The notes under the pieces are model-generated. The model was not told the origin of the DNA and ran no database searches. It saw nothing but the letters and a program-made list of their open reading frames with translations. This document shows positions 16,748 through 25,646 of a stretch of 44,003 nt of DNA, in pieces. The position numbers were made by a program, and so were the translations under genes. The DNA is taken from the IMG/VR virus record IMGVR_UViG_3300021579_000015, positions 1 through 44,003 of that record, one strand, 5' to 3'. Within the stretch, counting starts at the first letter, position 1. Each line of letters opens with the position of its first letter. This DNA is from a virus (Duplodnaviria > Caudoviricetes).

Positions 16748-18904
16748 TCAGTCCTTCTTGTAGCGGTAGGTCTCGAAGCCAGCGGCAGCCAGCGGCACGC
16801 CTGGTGCCCAGTGCGGTACGGTGGACATCAGGTTGGCCAGTGAGTCGCTGCTAAAGCCTGGCTCGTCCGGTGTCTCGGTCAGCAGCTCGTCGTGGACTGT
16901 CAAGACAATGCGGTAACCGTAGCTGTCGATGGCTGGCATGTTGTGCGCAAGCACGTCGCGCGCCCAGGCCTGGACGATGTTCTCGACGAACTTGCCGCCA
17001 TAGCTCTTGATGCGCGACCACTGCCTGGTGTACTGGTTCACACCCATATAGCTGAGCTGGCCGCCCTCTCCGATCTCCGGGTTCAGGTAGCACAGGTAGC
17101 GGCCAGACGGCAGCCGGATGCGCAGCCAGGATCCATCGCGGCGCATGACCAGCTGGCGCACGCGGAACTGCTCGCCTGGGTTGGCGGTGGCACTGCGTAC
17201 CGCCTGCTCGACATCGCCCCAAAACGAAGCGATGGCCGGGTGGGCTGCTCGCCAGCTCGCCTTCAGCACCTCGCAGGCAATGTAGGTCTCGTCGCTCAGG
17301 CCGAACGTGGAGCGGTTTTTCTTCTTGACCCAGGCCAGCATGTCCTTGGCATTCTCAAGCGCCTCCTGCGGGGCGCTGTCCCACACCGCACGGGCCATGA
17401 CGTCCAGGTCCATGCTGTAGACGGCGGCGAACGTCAGGAAGGCGCTCACCCCTCCCTGGTAGCCCAGGCCCAGCTCCTGGACCTTGCCGATCTGGCGTCC
17501 ACCCTTGGGGATGTCCTCCACCCGCACGTTGAAGCTGCGGGCGTAGGCCAGGTTGTAGAGGTCGGCGCCAGTGCCGTTGTCATAGTCGCGGAAGGCCTGG
17601 ATCTTCCAGTCCTCGCCGGCCAGGTAGGCCAGGCCCCGGCCCTCGATGTTGGCCAGGTCGGCGATGCACAGCTTCTTTCCAGGCGGGGCGACGATGGCGC
17701 CTCGCACCAGGTTGGCAGACATGCCCATGACGTTGTCGAACACAACGTCGGCGAAACCACCCTTGAGTGCGGCCACCCCCTGGTCCTCGTACTCCTGGGT
17801 GAGCTCCTCGGTTAGGTCTTTCACGCTGGTCCCGAAGTGCTCAGCGATGAGCCCAACGTCTGGGCGGGGCATGTTCTGGGGCTGGAAGATGCGACCGGCC
17901 CACCGGCTGGTGCGCAGGGCACCGGCGAACTGCAGGGTATTGCGCAGCCTGCCGTCACCGCTGGTGGCCTTCACCAGCGCCCGGTACTTGGCCGTACTGG
18001 TCTTGGTGGCTTCAAGGCGGATGGACAGCAGCAGCCTGACCGGATCCGGCAGCTCGGGGTCTTCCAGCCTGCGGCGCAGGGTGTCTGCCCGCATGTCGGG
18101 CAGCGTGACGCCGTGCTCGGCCAGGATGTAGGTCAGCAGCTGGTCTGGCTTGCTGGGGCTGGAGACCAGGCCATCGGTAGCCTCGACGGTCTCTTGCTTC
18201 AGCCGGGCTTTTTCGGCATCAGTGGCGGCGATGGCTCCGCGAGCAAGGTCAAGATCCACTGCAAAGCCACGGTCGTTGATGCGTTGGTCAAGATGCCATA
18301 GCGCGAGCTCACCTCCACGGTAATTCCATTGAGGCAGGCGACGGTCCACCTCTCGCATGGCGACGATGTCTTGCCGGCTATAGTCAAGGAACTCTGCCCA
18401 CTCGGCGGGGTGTGATTCACGGGTTGCCCTTCTCAGTTTGTTGCCCTTCGGGCGTGGTTTGCAGAAAAGCTGGATCAGCTGGCTGCCGCGTTTGTCCTTC
18501 TGGCTGTCTATCGGCAGGCCCAGGATGGGGCCCAGCTTGCCCAGCGCTCCAGGCAGGCCGTGGCACAGCGCCTTGACCATGGTATCGCGCCAGCGCTCGA
18601 CGGGCACGTCGATGCCCCAGCAGTGGCGCAGCAGGGCGCGGTCGAAGGCGCTGTTGTGGGCGACGATGATGACGCTGGGATCGAGCAGGTAGCGGGCCAG
18701 GTCGTTCAGTGAAGACTGGTGTGGCTGCGCCAGGTCGAATCGTTTAGAGGTGCAGTCGGCCACCACCGGCTCACCCTCATCCACAGCCCACTGCGCGACG
18801 GTGATCTCGGTGCTGGGGTGCTCGGCGTAGCGGTGCGTGCCGTGCGCCTTCAGGTCGCACTCAGAGTACGACTCAAGGTCAAACCAAAGGATTGTTTGTT
18901 CCAT
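16748..18904 (-). CDS. DNA polymerase family A with 3'-5' exonuclease (APSE-like)
   Basis: DLESYS, AHNSAFDR, RWAGRIFQPQN, ADLANIEGR, RQIGKVQELGLGYQGG, VHDEL. Confidence 0.95.
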   Translation of the reverse strand: MEQTILWFDLESYSECDLKAHGTHRYAEHPSTEITVAQWAVDEGEPVVADCTSKRFDLAQPHQSSLNDLARYLLDPSVIIVAHNSAFDRALLRHCWGIDVPVERWRDTMVKALCHGLPGALGKLGPILGLPIDSQKDKRGSQLIQLFCKPRPKGNKLRRATRESHPAEWAEFLDYSRQDIVAMREVDRRLPQWNYRGGELALWHLDQRINDRGFAVDLDLARGAIAATDAEKARLKQETVEATDGLVSSPSKPDQLLTYILAEHGVTLPDMRADTLRRRLEDPELPDPVRLLLSIRLEATKTSTAKYRALVKATSGDGRLRNTLQFAGALRTSRWAGRIFQPQNMPRPDVGLIAEHFGTSVKDLTEELTQEYEDQGVAALKGGFADVVFDNVMGMSANLVRGAIVAPPGKKLCIADLANIEGRGLAYLAGEDWKIQAFRDYDNGTGADLYNLAYARSFNVRVEDIPKGGRQIGKVQELGLGYQGGVSAFLTFAAVYSMDLDVMARAVWDSAPQEALENAKDMLAWVKKKNRSTFGLSDETYIACEVLKASWRAAHPAIASFWGDVEQAVRSATANPGEQFRVRQLVMRRDGSWLRIRLPSGRYLCYLNPEIGEGGQLSYMGVNQYTRQWSRIKSYGGKFVENIVQAWARDVLAHNMPAIDSYGYRIVLTVHDELLTETPDEPGFSSDSLANLMSTVPHWAPGVPLAAAGFETYRYKKD

Positions 18905-19136
18905 AGGTGAGCGGCGGCCTGGGTTTTCGCCACGCTGTGGGCTACTGACTTGCAGTGCTTACCGCCGCTCGCCTATGGCCACCCGTTCCGACGATTCCCT
19001 GGTGAATGTTTAGGCCTGCCCAGGTGTTTTGGATCGGCTCGCCTCAAATTCATGGCGGGTGGCTCACCGATCCCAATCGTCAGCTGTGTGCCTCGTGGGT
19101 GAGGCGAAGCGGGAGCTGCAGGCCCCCGCGAAGTAC
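18901..19136 (-). other. Highly structured SSB-pol intergenic leader (candidate cis-regulatory RNA)
   Basis: Multiple nested inverted repeats, including a 17-bp stem (18901-18917/18962-18978) that contains the pol ATG. Confidence 0.5.
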
Positions 19137-19712
19137 TTACGCGAAGTCTTCGGCGGCTGCGCCTTCGACGGCCTCGAACTCGTCGCTGTCTGCCGGGCGG
19201 CCAGCGCTGAAGCTGTCACCGTCACGGAAGAACTGCACGCCACGCAGCTGGGCGTTGACGCGCTTGCCGTACTTGTTGTCCTGGGGCCAGAAGTCCAGGC
19301 TGACGTTGACGTAGCAGCCAGCGTAGACCTTGCCGTCGCGCTCGGTCAGCGGCGTGCGGTCGCTGTTGATCACGGTGGGGCGGGCGTTCTGCTGGGCGGC
19401 AGCACTGATGAAGAAGTTTCCGGCACAGCCGTCGTACTGGGCCTTGGTGTCGCCGTCGTGCAGGGCCAGCTTGTCGGTCTTCTCCAGGCTGGTGTAGATG
19501 GCAGGCGCCTTGTCCTTCCACTTGTCTTTGGCCACGGCCAGCATCTTGGACTTGATCTCGGCCATCTGCAGGTGGTCGGGCGGCAGGATCAGCATGGCGC
19601 TGTAACGCGGCTCGCCTTCACCGCCCACGGTGGTGGGCTCGAACAGGTTGGGGAATGCCAGGCGGACATTGCGTAACATGATCCGACCAGTGGGGGAAGC
19701 GGTAGTTGTCAT
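19137..19712 (-). CDS. Single-stranded DNA-binding protein (DUF2815)
   Basis: NVRLAFPNLFEP, YAGCYVNVSL, VNAQLRGVQFFRDGD, acidic tail ending EDFA. Confidence 0.9.
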   Translation of the reverse strand: MTTTASPTGRIMLRNVRLAFPNLFEPTTVGGEGEPRYSAMLILPPDHLQMAEIKSKMLAVAKDKWKDKAPAIYTSLEKTDKLALHDGDTKAQYDGCAGNFFISAAAQQNARPTVINSDRTPLTERDGKVYAGCYVNVSLDFWPQDNKYGKRVNAQLRGVQFFRDGDSFSAGRPADSDEFEAVEGAAAEDFA

Positions 19713-19731
19713 GGTGTTTTCCTTCTAAGGT

Positions 19732-20982
19732 TTAAGCGAGGTCTGCGACACTGACGTCGGTGAATTCATCGGCGACCGGCGTCAGTGTCAATGCCGGACG
19801 TGAATCGGATTCAGGAGCCACGTGGTTCTTGCCACGGGTCTGGGTGTACATGGCTTTGAGGGTCGGCCACTGGCGCGGTCCGATGACCTTGGCCTTGTGC
19901 AGCTTCTCAGCGGTGGTGGGCGAGATGAGCTTGAAGTCGTACATCTCGGACTCTTTCAAGCGCATCGCCTTGAGCGCAGCCTCGACGGCAACCGGATCCA
20001 CCCACTTGCGTGAGCCGAGCTTGCCCTCGACGATCTTGTAGCCTGGGACGGTCTCACCGGCCAGCAGACGGCGCTCGACCTCAGCGCGCACGGCCTTGAC
20101 CCAGTCCTCGATCAGGTCGGCCTTGTTCATGCAGACTGCCAGCCAGTCGTCTTCCAGATCGGCTGAGGTGTAAGGAAATTCGGTCTGGCCAAACTCAGCG
20201 GGCGTGGCGGGCGTGCTGTCGAACACGGTCTCAGCCACCTCGGCACGCAGGGCAGGGCAGGTGGCCTTGGCCTTGCAGAACTTGCATTGCTTCTCGCCAG
20301 GCGACAGGTACTCGGCCACCACAGCGCCAGGCTGGGCTGCTTCGAGGCGCTTCTCCACTGCTTCCCAGGCGGGGCCGGCGGCCCACTGCTCCAGCTCCCG
20401 GACGGTGCAGGTCCACTCGCTGGACGAGTCCTTGACGTTGGGCTGGTGGATCACCATGCGCACCGTCGTGAACGGGCCCAGCGTGCTGCCAACTGCCTCC
20501 AGCGCGCCCAGGGCGTAGAGCATCATCTGCGGGTTGTCGCGCGGGTCGACAACGACACCGACGCCGTTCTTGTAGTCGTGGACCTGGAGCTCGTCGCCCC
20601 TGACCACGATCACGTCGGCGGTGCCCCAGGCCTGCTCGCGCTCCACACCCAGGTAGGTGCTGTAGTTGACCCGCTGCTCGGACAGGATCATGCCGTCGCC
20701 GGCGATCTCTTTCAGGTTGCGGATCGCCGTGTTGACGGCGGCCACCATGTCGTCGTCGACCTCGATGTCGAAGCTGTCGACCTGGAAGATCCGACCGAGG
20801 AACCCCGCCGGCTCGCTGCCGTCGCGCAGGTTGTACTCCAGCAGCATGTGCGCGACCGTGCCGGTGGCGCTGTAGATGTTGCCGTTGTTGGGCTTGCCCT
20901 CTTCCATGACGGGCTTGCCTGGGCAGAGCATGGCCGCCTCGAAGCCCGAGGCGCTGAACTTGCTGTGAGCAGCTTCAGACAC
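19732..20982 (-). CDS. DUF2800 PD-(D/E)XK Cas4-like exonuclease
   Basis: HSKFSAS...CPG, GTVAH, WGTAD, DYKNG, NPQMMLYALG, CKFCKAKATC. Confidence 0.9.
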   Translation of the reverse strand: MSEAAHSKFSASGFEAAMLCPGKPVMEEGKPNNGNIYSATGTVAHMLLEYNLRDGSEPAGFLGRIFQVDSFDIEVDDDMVAAVNTAIRNLKEIAGDGMILSEQRVNYSTYLGVEREQAWGTADVIVVRGDELQVHDYKNGVGVVVDPRDNPQMMLYALGALEAVGSTLGPFTTVRMVIHQPNVKDSSSEWTCTVRELEQWAAGPAWEAVEKRLEAAQPGAVVAEYLSPGEKQCKFCKAKATCPALRAEVAETVFDSTPATPAEFGQTEFPYTSADLEDDWLAVCMNKADLIEDWVKAVRAEVERRLLAGETVPGYKIVEGKLGSRKWVDPVAVEAALKAMRLKESEMYDFKLISPTTAEKLHKAKVIGPRQWPTLKAMYTQTRGKNHVAPESDSRPALTLTPVADEFTDVSVADLA

Positions 20983-21205
20983 GAGCTTCCTCCATGGCGA
21001 TCAGGGTGCGGATGATGCCCAGGCGCTCGGCTCCACGGATGGTGCGGGGCTTGGCGTTCCAGGTGCGGGCCAGCTTGCGCTTGGCGTTGCGGGCGTGGTT
21101 GAAGCGCCCGATACCGTTCACGCTGGCCGGGATGACCGGCTTGTCACCAGCCCGGATAAAGGCGTTGACAACGTGGTCCAGCAGCTTGCTCGTGCGGCGG
21201 TTCAT
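20975..21205 (-). CDS. Basic hypothetical protein
   Basis: 76 aa, overlaps both neighbours in operon fashion. Confidence 0.6.
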   Translation of the reverse strand: MNRRTSKLLDHVVNAFIRAGDKPVIPASVNGIGRFNHARNAKRKLARTWNAKPRTIRGAERLGIIRTLIAMEEARV

Positions 21206-21507
21206 TTAAGAGCCTCCAACTTCTTGACTGCGGCCAGGGCTTTCTCAGGTGTCTGGAACAGCAGCGCCTCTTGGGCTATGACCCTGGCACTGTCCAGCTG
21301 CTTGCGCACGGCCTGGCTGACCTTGGCGCAGGCCTCGTCGTAGTCCTTTAACGTCTTTTTGGCAGCTGTCACTGCAGCGGTCAGCTTTGGTTTGCGCTCC
21401 TCGTAGAGCGACCAATGAGCGTTGGAACCAGTCAGCTCATTAACCCGAGCCGACAGTACGTTGTACTGGACCTGGGTCAAGTTGGGGTTTGACTTCTGTG
21501 CAGCCAT
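21202..21507 (-). CDS. Hypothetical helical protein
   Basis: 101 aa, collinear. Confidence 0.65.
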   Translation of the reverse strand: MAAQKSNPNLTQVQYNVLSARVNELTGSNAHWSLYEERKPKLTAAVTAAKKTLKDYDEACAKVSQAVRKQLDSARVIAQEALLFQTPEKALAAVKKLEALK

Positions 21508-21509
21508 GG

Positions 21510-21941
21510 TTATGCATCCCCCAAGTCGGCCAGCTCTGCCAGCTTCGCGTTCACAGCGGCCAGCGCTTCACCCCAGCGGGAGGCGTCGAGCTCTTTGAAC
21601 GTCTTCACGCCAAGGGACTTGGCCACAGCTCCAGCGGCTTCACGACTGGCGTTGGCCAGGGCGAACACCGCCTTCTGCAGGGTGGGGTAGTCGATGGTGG
21701 GCTTCACTTCAGGAGCAGGCTCTGCAGCAGCCGTCACAGGTGCTGGGGTGCTCTTGGCTGCGGGCGGGGTGGCGGCAGGCTTCTCGACCTTGGCCGGCTT
21801 CTCCGGCTTCGGAGCTTCCACCTTGGCGACTGCTGCGGGGGTTTGGTTGTCCTTGAACATCCGCTCGGGTGGCGTGACGCGCAAGGTGAAGAACGCCAGG
21901 AGGTCTTCCTGGGTGTTGAACTCTAGGGTGACTTTGATCAC
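21510..21941 (-). CDS. Conserved protein upstream of DUF2800 (Pro/Ala linker, small helical C-terminal domain)
   Basis: GTG start after SD AAAGGAAA. C-terminus KSLGVKTFKELDASRWGEAL. Confidence 0.75.
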   Translation of the reverse strand: MIKVTLEFNTQEDLLAFFTLRVTPPERMFKDNQTPAAVAKVEAPKPEKPAKVEKPAATPPAAKSTPAPVTAAAEPAPEVKPTIDYPTLQKAVFALANASREAAGAVAKSLGVKTFKELDASRWGEALAAVNAKLAELADLGDA

Positions 21942-21971
21942 GGTGTTTCCTTTCAGGGTTGAAGTTGATAG

Positions 21972-21987
21972 TGTAGCTCTTGCTAAA
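21972..21987. promoter_or_regulatory. Palindromic operator over a leftward promoter of the replication operon
   Basis: TGTAGC-TCTT-GCTAAA, overlapping a minus-strand -10 TACACT. Confidence 0.65.
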
Positions 21988-22006
21988 GCTGCGGGGAAAT
22001 AAAAAT

Positions 22007-22219
22007 TTAGCTGTTGCACAAAGACGACAGGTAGTCGCCTAGACGGTCGTGGAGGGTCTGCAGCTCCTGTGGAGTCAGCACGGCATCGAACTTGACCTGA
22101 TGCTCAAACCGGCGCGCATCTGGCATGTAGCTGATTAGCTGCAGGTGGGTGCCTACGCTGCACTGGTTCAGCGCAATGCTCAGGGTGTACGACGGGTTCT
22201 CGATTATCGGGTGGTTCAT
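22007..22219 (-). CDS. Hypothetical early protein
   Basis: SD AGGAG. MNHPIIENPSY... 70 aa. Confidence 0.7.
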   Translation of the reverse strand: MNHPIIENPSYTLSIALNQCSVGTHLQLISYMPDARRFEHQVKFDAVLTPQELQTLHDRLGDYLSSLCNS

Positions 22220-22285
22220 TTCAATCTCCTGGTTGGTTGGGTTGATCACACTGGCAAGCACCCGGCTGGATGCTTGGCGGTGGGG

Positions 22286-22552
22286 TCAGGCGAGCTTGGC
22301 GATGCGCTCTCTGGCCGTGCGGTAGGCCCAGTTTGTTGCAGCTGCCTGGCTGGTGAAGTGCTTGGACCGCTGCTGCACGCCAAAGTCATTGAAGTCGTCA
22401 CCAACCCGACGCGAAGCCTGGACCCAGGCGTAGAAGTCAACGCCGTTATCGCGCAGGCCAACGGTGAAACCGATCTCACGGCCTTTGACGTCCTTCTTGC
22501 CGCTGCCGACAAAGGTTTCGAAGGCATCGTTCAGTGCGGGGGCGGTTGCCAT
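22286..22552 (-). CDS. Hypothetical early protein, first gene of the PL-like operon
   Basis: SD AGGAG. MATAPALNDAFETF... 88 aa. Confidence 0.75.
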   Translation of the reverse strand: MATAPALNDAFETFVGSGKKDVKGREIGFTVGLRDNGVDFYAWVQASRRVGDDFNDFGVQQRSKHFTSQAAATNWAYRTARERIAKLA

Positions 22553-22584
22553 GTTTAGCTCCTGGTTGCGTTGTTGATGGGTGG

Positions 22585-22613
22585 ACTGTAGCACGTGCTA
22601 AAACCCGAGTCAA
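22585..22613 (-). promoter_or_regulatory. PL-like sigma70 promoter with overlapping operator
   Basis: Minus strand TTGACT-N17-TACAGT. Operator TGTAGC-ACGT-GCTAAA at 22587-22602. Confidence 0.8.
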
Positions 22614-22631
22614 TAGCAGGGATATTAAGGC

Positions 22632-22659
22632 AACAAAAAGCCCGGCGCATGGCCGGGCT
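22632..22659 (-). terminator. Intrinsic terminator of the repressor operon
   Basis: Minus strand AGCCCGGC-CATGC-GCCGGGCT followed by TTTTGTT. Confidence 0.8.
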
Positions 22660-22677
22660 GGTCTGGGTGCCGAGCGC

Positions 22678-22818
22678 TTACTTCAGTGCGCTCACCAGGA
22701 TGTCAATCACCACCAGGATCAGGATCAGGTAGCCGACCCGCTTGAGGGCGGCCATCTCGTCAGGGTAGACGCCACCATGCTCCACCAGGTAGGCGATGCG
22801 CTGCTTGAGTCTGTTCAT
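22678..22818 (-). CDS. 46-aa single-TM protein co-transcribed with the repressor (not in ORF track)
   Basis: MNRLKQRIAYLVEHGGVYPDEMAALKRVGYLILILVVIDILVSALK. ATGA overlap with the cI stop. Confidence 0.7.
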   Translation of the reverse strand: MNRLKQRIAYLVEHGGVYPDEMAALKRVGYLILILVVIDILVSALK

Positions 22819-23225
22819 CTTGTCAGGTTCACCAGTCGTTTAATGAAGTCCTCGTCCAGGGTCCCTCCCCGGCGAGCGTTGTCGTACACCAAGCTCACCA
22901 CCTCTGCCTGCTGGGCGCTGGTCAACCGCGCCCGGCTTTCCTCCATCGTCACCGCCACGGCCTGCAGGCACTGTGCCAGCAGCCCGTCGTCAATGCGTGG
23001 GGCGGCCTCCGTCTGACCGTCCATCCATAGCGTCGGCAGGCCCAGCTTGACCTCGATGGATCTGGCCAGGCGCTCTCCAACCTCCCGGCTGGGATGTGGC
23101 CCCGCCAACTGAGCAAGATACGAGCCATTACTGTGCCCCAGCTTCATGGCCAGGGTGGTGGGTCCACCCCAGTCGGAGATGAGCTTGCGCAGGTTCTCCC
23201 TGCGCCTGTCGAACACGGTTCGCAT
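22815..23225 (-). CDS. CI-like repressor (HTH, no recognisable S24 peptidase domain)
   Basis: RRRENLRKLI...LAMKLGHSNGSYLAQL...ERLARSIEVKLGLPTLWMD. Divergent from the cro-like gene. Confidence 0.85.
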   Translation of the reverse strand: MRTVFDRRRENLRKLISDWGGPTTLAMKLGHSNGSYLAQLAGPHPSREVGERLARSIEVKLGLPTLWMDGQTEAAPRIDDGLLAQCLQAVAVTMEESRARLTSAQQAEVVSLVYDNARRGGTLDEDFIKRLVNLTR

Positions 23226-23268
23226 GTTGCGCACAAACTACCATGGGTTTCGCATTCTGCACAAGGTG

Positions 23269-23286
23269 TTTAGCGTCTGCTACAGT
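23269..23286 (+). promoter_or_regulatory. Operator overlapping the PR-like -10 box
   Basis: TTTAGC-GTCT-GCTACA (23269-23284) overlapping TACAGT (23281-23286), upstream of the cro-like SD GGAG. Confidence 0.7.
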
Positions 23287-23311
23287 AGCGGCTTTTACTG
23301 GAGAATTCACC

Positions 23312-23635
23312 ATGAACGTCATGAAGCTGTTTATGCGAGCCGCCACGCCCGAGGAGCAGAACCTGCTGGCCGAGCGCTGCGGCACCACAAGGTCTTATCT
23401 TTACCATTTGTCTGCCGGGGAGGACAAGGCCTACGCCAGGCAGCCCAAGCCACGCCTGGCTGCTGCCATCGAGCGCGTGTCGGCCGACATGCACCGGTCC
23501 AGTAAGGGCCGTCTGCCACGCATCTACCGCACCGACCTGGTGAGCGCCTGCCGCGAGTGTGAGTTCGCTCAGAAATGCCTGAAAAGTGCTGCTGTTCGCA
23601 GCGACTTTCCCATCGTGACCGAGGCAGATCTGTGA
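23312..23635 (+). CDS. Cro/YdaS-like HTH regulator with C-terminal Cys cluster
   Basis: EQNLLAERCGTTRSYLYHLSAG...LAAAIERVS, then CRECEFAQKC. Confidence 0.8.
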   Translation: MNVMKLFMRAATPEEQNLLAERCGTTRSYLYHLSAGEDKAYARQPKPRLAAAIERVSADMHRSSKGRLPRIYRTDLVSACRECEFAQKCLKSAAVRSDFPIVTEADL

Positions 23636-23654
23636 CGCACCCGGCGGTAAACCA

Positions 23655-25622
23655 ATGCACACACCAACCAACATACCCCAAGCCCTCAAGGATCTGCCTG
23701 GGTGGCTCCTGTGGAAGTTTGAAGAAAATGGATCATCCAAGCCCCGCAAGGTCCCCTACTACGCCAACGGCGGGCGACGCCACGGGGTGCAGGGCAGACC
23801 TGAAGACCGAGCCCAGCTTGTGCCCTTCGACGTTGCGCTCGCGGCACAACAAAAGCGAGGTTATTCCGGCATCGGCTTTGCTCCAATGCCTGAGTTCAAC
23901 GTGGTCGCCCTCGACTTTGACAACTGTATCGACCTCTCTGGTTCGATTCATGCTGACGTCAGTGCGGTACTTGGGGATTCCTACGCCGAGTTCTCTCCCA
24001 GCGGCAAGGGCATACATGCCATTTTCAAAGGCCAGCTCGGAGATCTGAAAGCCCACGGCGAGCCGTTCGGCTTCGAGACCTTCAGCACCAAGGGCTTCGT
24101 CACCATCACCGGCGACGTGCTGCCAGTGTGCGAGCTCCTGGGCAACACCGACACCGTGGCGGATGTCACACCCGCAGTGCAGGAGCTGTGCCAGCGTCGC
24201 TTCAAGCGCGAACTGACAGCCCAGGCCATGAGCGACACCAACGAGCAGCCGGTTGGCCTGACCCGTGCGCAGCTCACCGAGTGCCTCGACGTGCTGCCGT
24301 CTGATCTGAACTATGACCAGTGGGTGCAGGTAGGCATGGCCATCCACCACGAGACCCAGGGCGAGGGCTTCGAGCTGTGGGACGAGTGGAGCCAGCGCAG
24401 TCCCAAGTACACCGACCGGGACTACGGCATCGAGCGATGGAACAGCTTCGGCAAGGGCTCAGGGCGTGTCGTCACCGCCCGCAGCCTGGTGCGCCTGGCC
24501 AACGAGAACGGCGCCCGCATCAACCTCAACGGCCCAGCCAGCATGGAGGAGTTCGACTCTATCGGCCAGTCGGTCGCCGAGGAGTTCCCGCACTCAGAGG
24601 CCACTGTTGTAGAAAAGCAACACCGCTTCCCGGTGCTTCCGCTGCAGCAGTTCGCTGCCATGCCAGCACCTCAGTACATCATCAAGGGCGTGGTGCCCAG
24701 GGCTGAGCTCGTGGTGCTCTACGGCGAGTCGGGCAGCGGCAAGAGCTTTATGGCGCTGGACATGGCTATGGCTATCGCTACGGGCCAGCCGTGGCGCGGG
24801 CGCAAGGTCAGGCAGGGCAGGGTGGTCTACATCGCAGCCGAGGGTGCTGGAGGCTTTCGCAACCGCGTCCAGGCCTACGTCACCGAGCACCAGCTGGACG
24901 CCAGCGCGATTGACATCGGTGTGATCAACGCTGCGCCCAACCTATTGCTCAAGGACGACGCGCTGGAGGTGGCCAGATCCATCGGCAGGGCTGACGTTGT
25001 CATCGTGGACACCTGGGCCCAGACCACACCAGGGGGCAACGAGAACAGCGGCGAGGACATGGGCAAGGCGCTGGCCCACTGCAAGGGCATTCACCGTGCC
25101 ACCAAGGGCGTGGTGATCCTGGTCCACCACGCTGGCAAGGATGCCACCAAGGGTGCGCGAGGTTGGTCAGGCTTGCGCGCTGCAGCTGACGCAGAGCTGG
25201 AGGTGGTGCGCTCCGGGGATGTCAGGGCCATGCGCCTGTCCAAACAAAAGGACGGCGAGGACAACACCATCTGGGGCTTCAAGCTGGAGACCGTCAACAT
25301 CGGCATGGACGAGGATGACGAGATCATCACCAGCTGCGTGGTACGTGAGGCGGAGCCGGTTCTGCCAGGGCCTCAGTTGGTGCGCAAGCTGGGCCCGGTA
25401 GGGCACATGGTGAATTCGGTCATCCAGGAGATGGCCCAGGCGCAGACCGCAGGCATTGAGATCGAGGCGGTTCTGGATGAGACCATCAAGCGGATGCCGG
25501 AGCCTGAAAAAGGCAAGCGCGACACCCGTCGACAGGTCGCCCGCAGGGCGCTTTTGGGCATGTGCGAGGGGGACGACGCGCCCTACATGCTGGAAGATGA
25601 CGGGACGTTGGGCATCCTGTGA
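23655..25622 (+). CDS. Primase-helicase (AEP prim-pol + PriCT-2 + AAA_25/RepA-like helicase)
   Basis: KVPY, LDFD, SPSGKGIH; YDQWVQVGMAIHHE...WDEWS; GESGSGKS, VIVDT, LVHHAGKD...ARGWSGL. Confidence 0.9.
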   Translation: MHTPTNIPQALKDLPGWLLWKFEENGSSKPRKVPYYANGGRRHGVQGRPEDRAQLVPFDVALAAQQKRGYSGIGFAPMPEFNVVALDFDNCIDLSGSIHADVSAVLGDSYAEFSPSGKGIHAIFKGQLGDLKAHGEPFGFETFSTKGFVTITGDVLPVCELLGNTDTVADVTPAVQELCQRRFKRELTAQAMSDTNEQPVGLTRAQLTECLDVLPSDLNYDQWVQVGMAIHHETQGEGFELWDEWSQRSPKYTDRDYGIERWNSFGKGSGRVVTARSLVRLANENGARINLNGPASMEEFDSIGQSVAEEFPHSEATVVEKQHRFPVLPLQQFAAMPAPQYIIKGVVPRAELVVLYGESGSGKSFMALDMAMAIATGQPWRGRKVRQGRVVYIAAEGAGGFRNRVQAYVTEHQLDASAIDIGVINAAPNLLLKDDALEVARSIGRADVVIVDTWAQTTPGGNENSGEDMGKALAHCKGIHRATKGVVILVHHAGKDATKGARGWSGLRAAADAELEVVRSGDVRAMRLSKQKDGEDNTIWGFKLETVNIGMDEDDEIITSCVVREAEPVLPGPQLVRKLGPVGHMVNSVIQEMAQAQTAGIEIEAVLDETIKRMPEPEKGKRDTRRQVARRALLGMCEGDDAPYMLEDDGTLGIL

Positions 25623-25646
25623 ACGCGCAAAACTTTACGCACAGGG

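Noticed and set aside
18901-19136. tRNA or hammerhead ribozyme
   Set aside because: No T-loop/D-loop consensus and no CUGANGA core. Kept only as an unclassified structured RNA.
19732-20982. Cas4 as evidence of a CRISPR system
   Set aside because: It is the DUF2800 nuclease in its usual SSB-PolA replication context.
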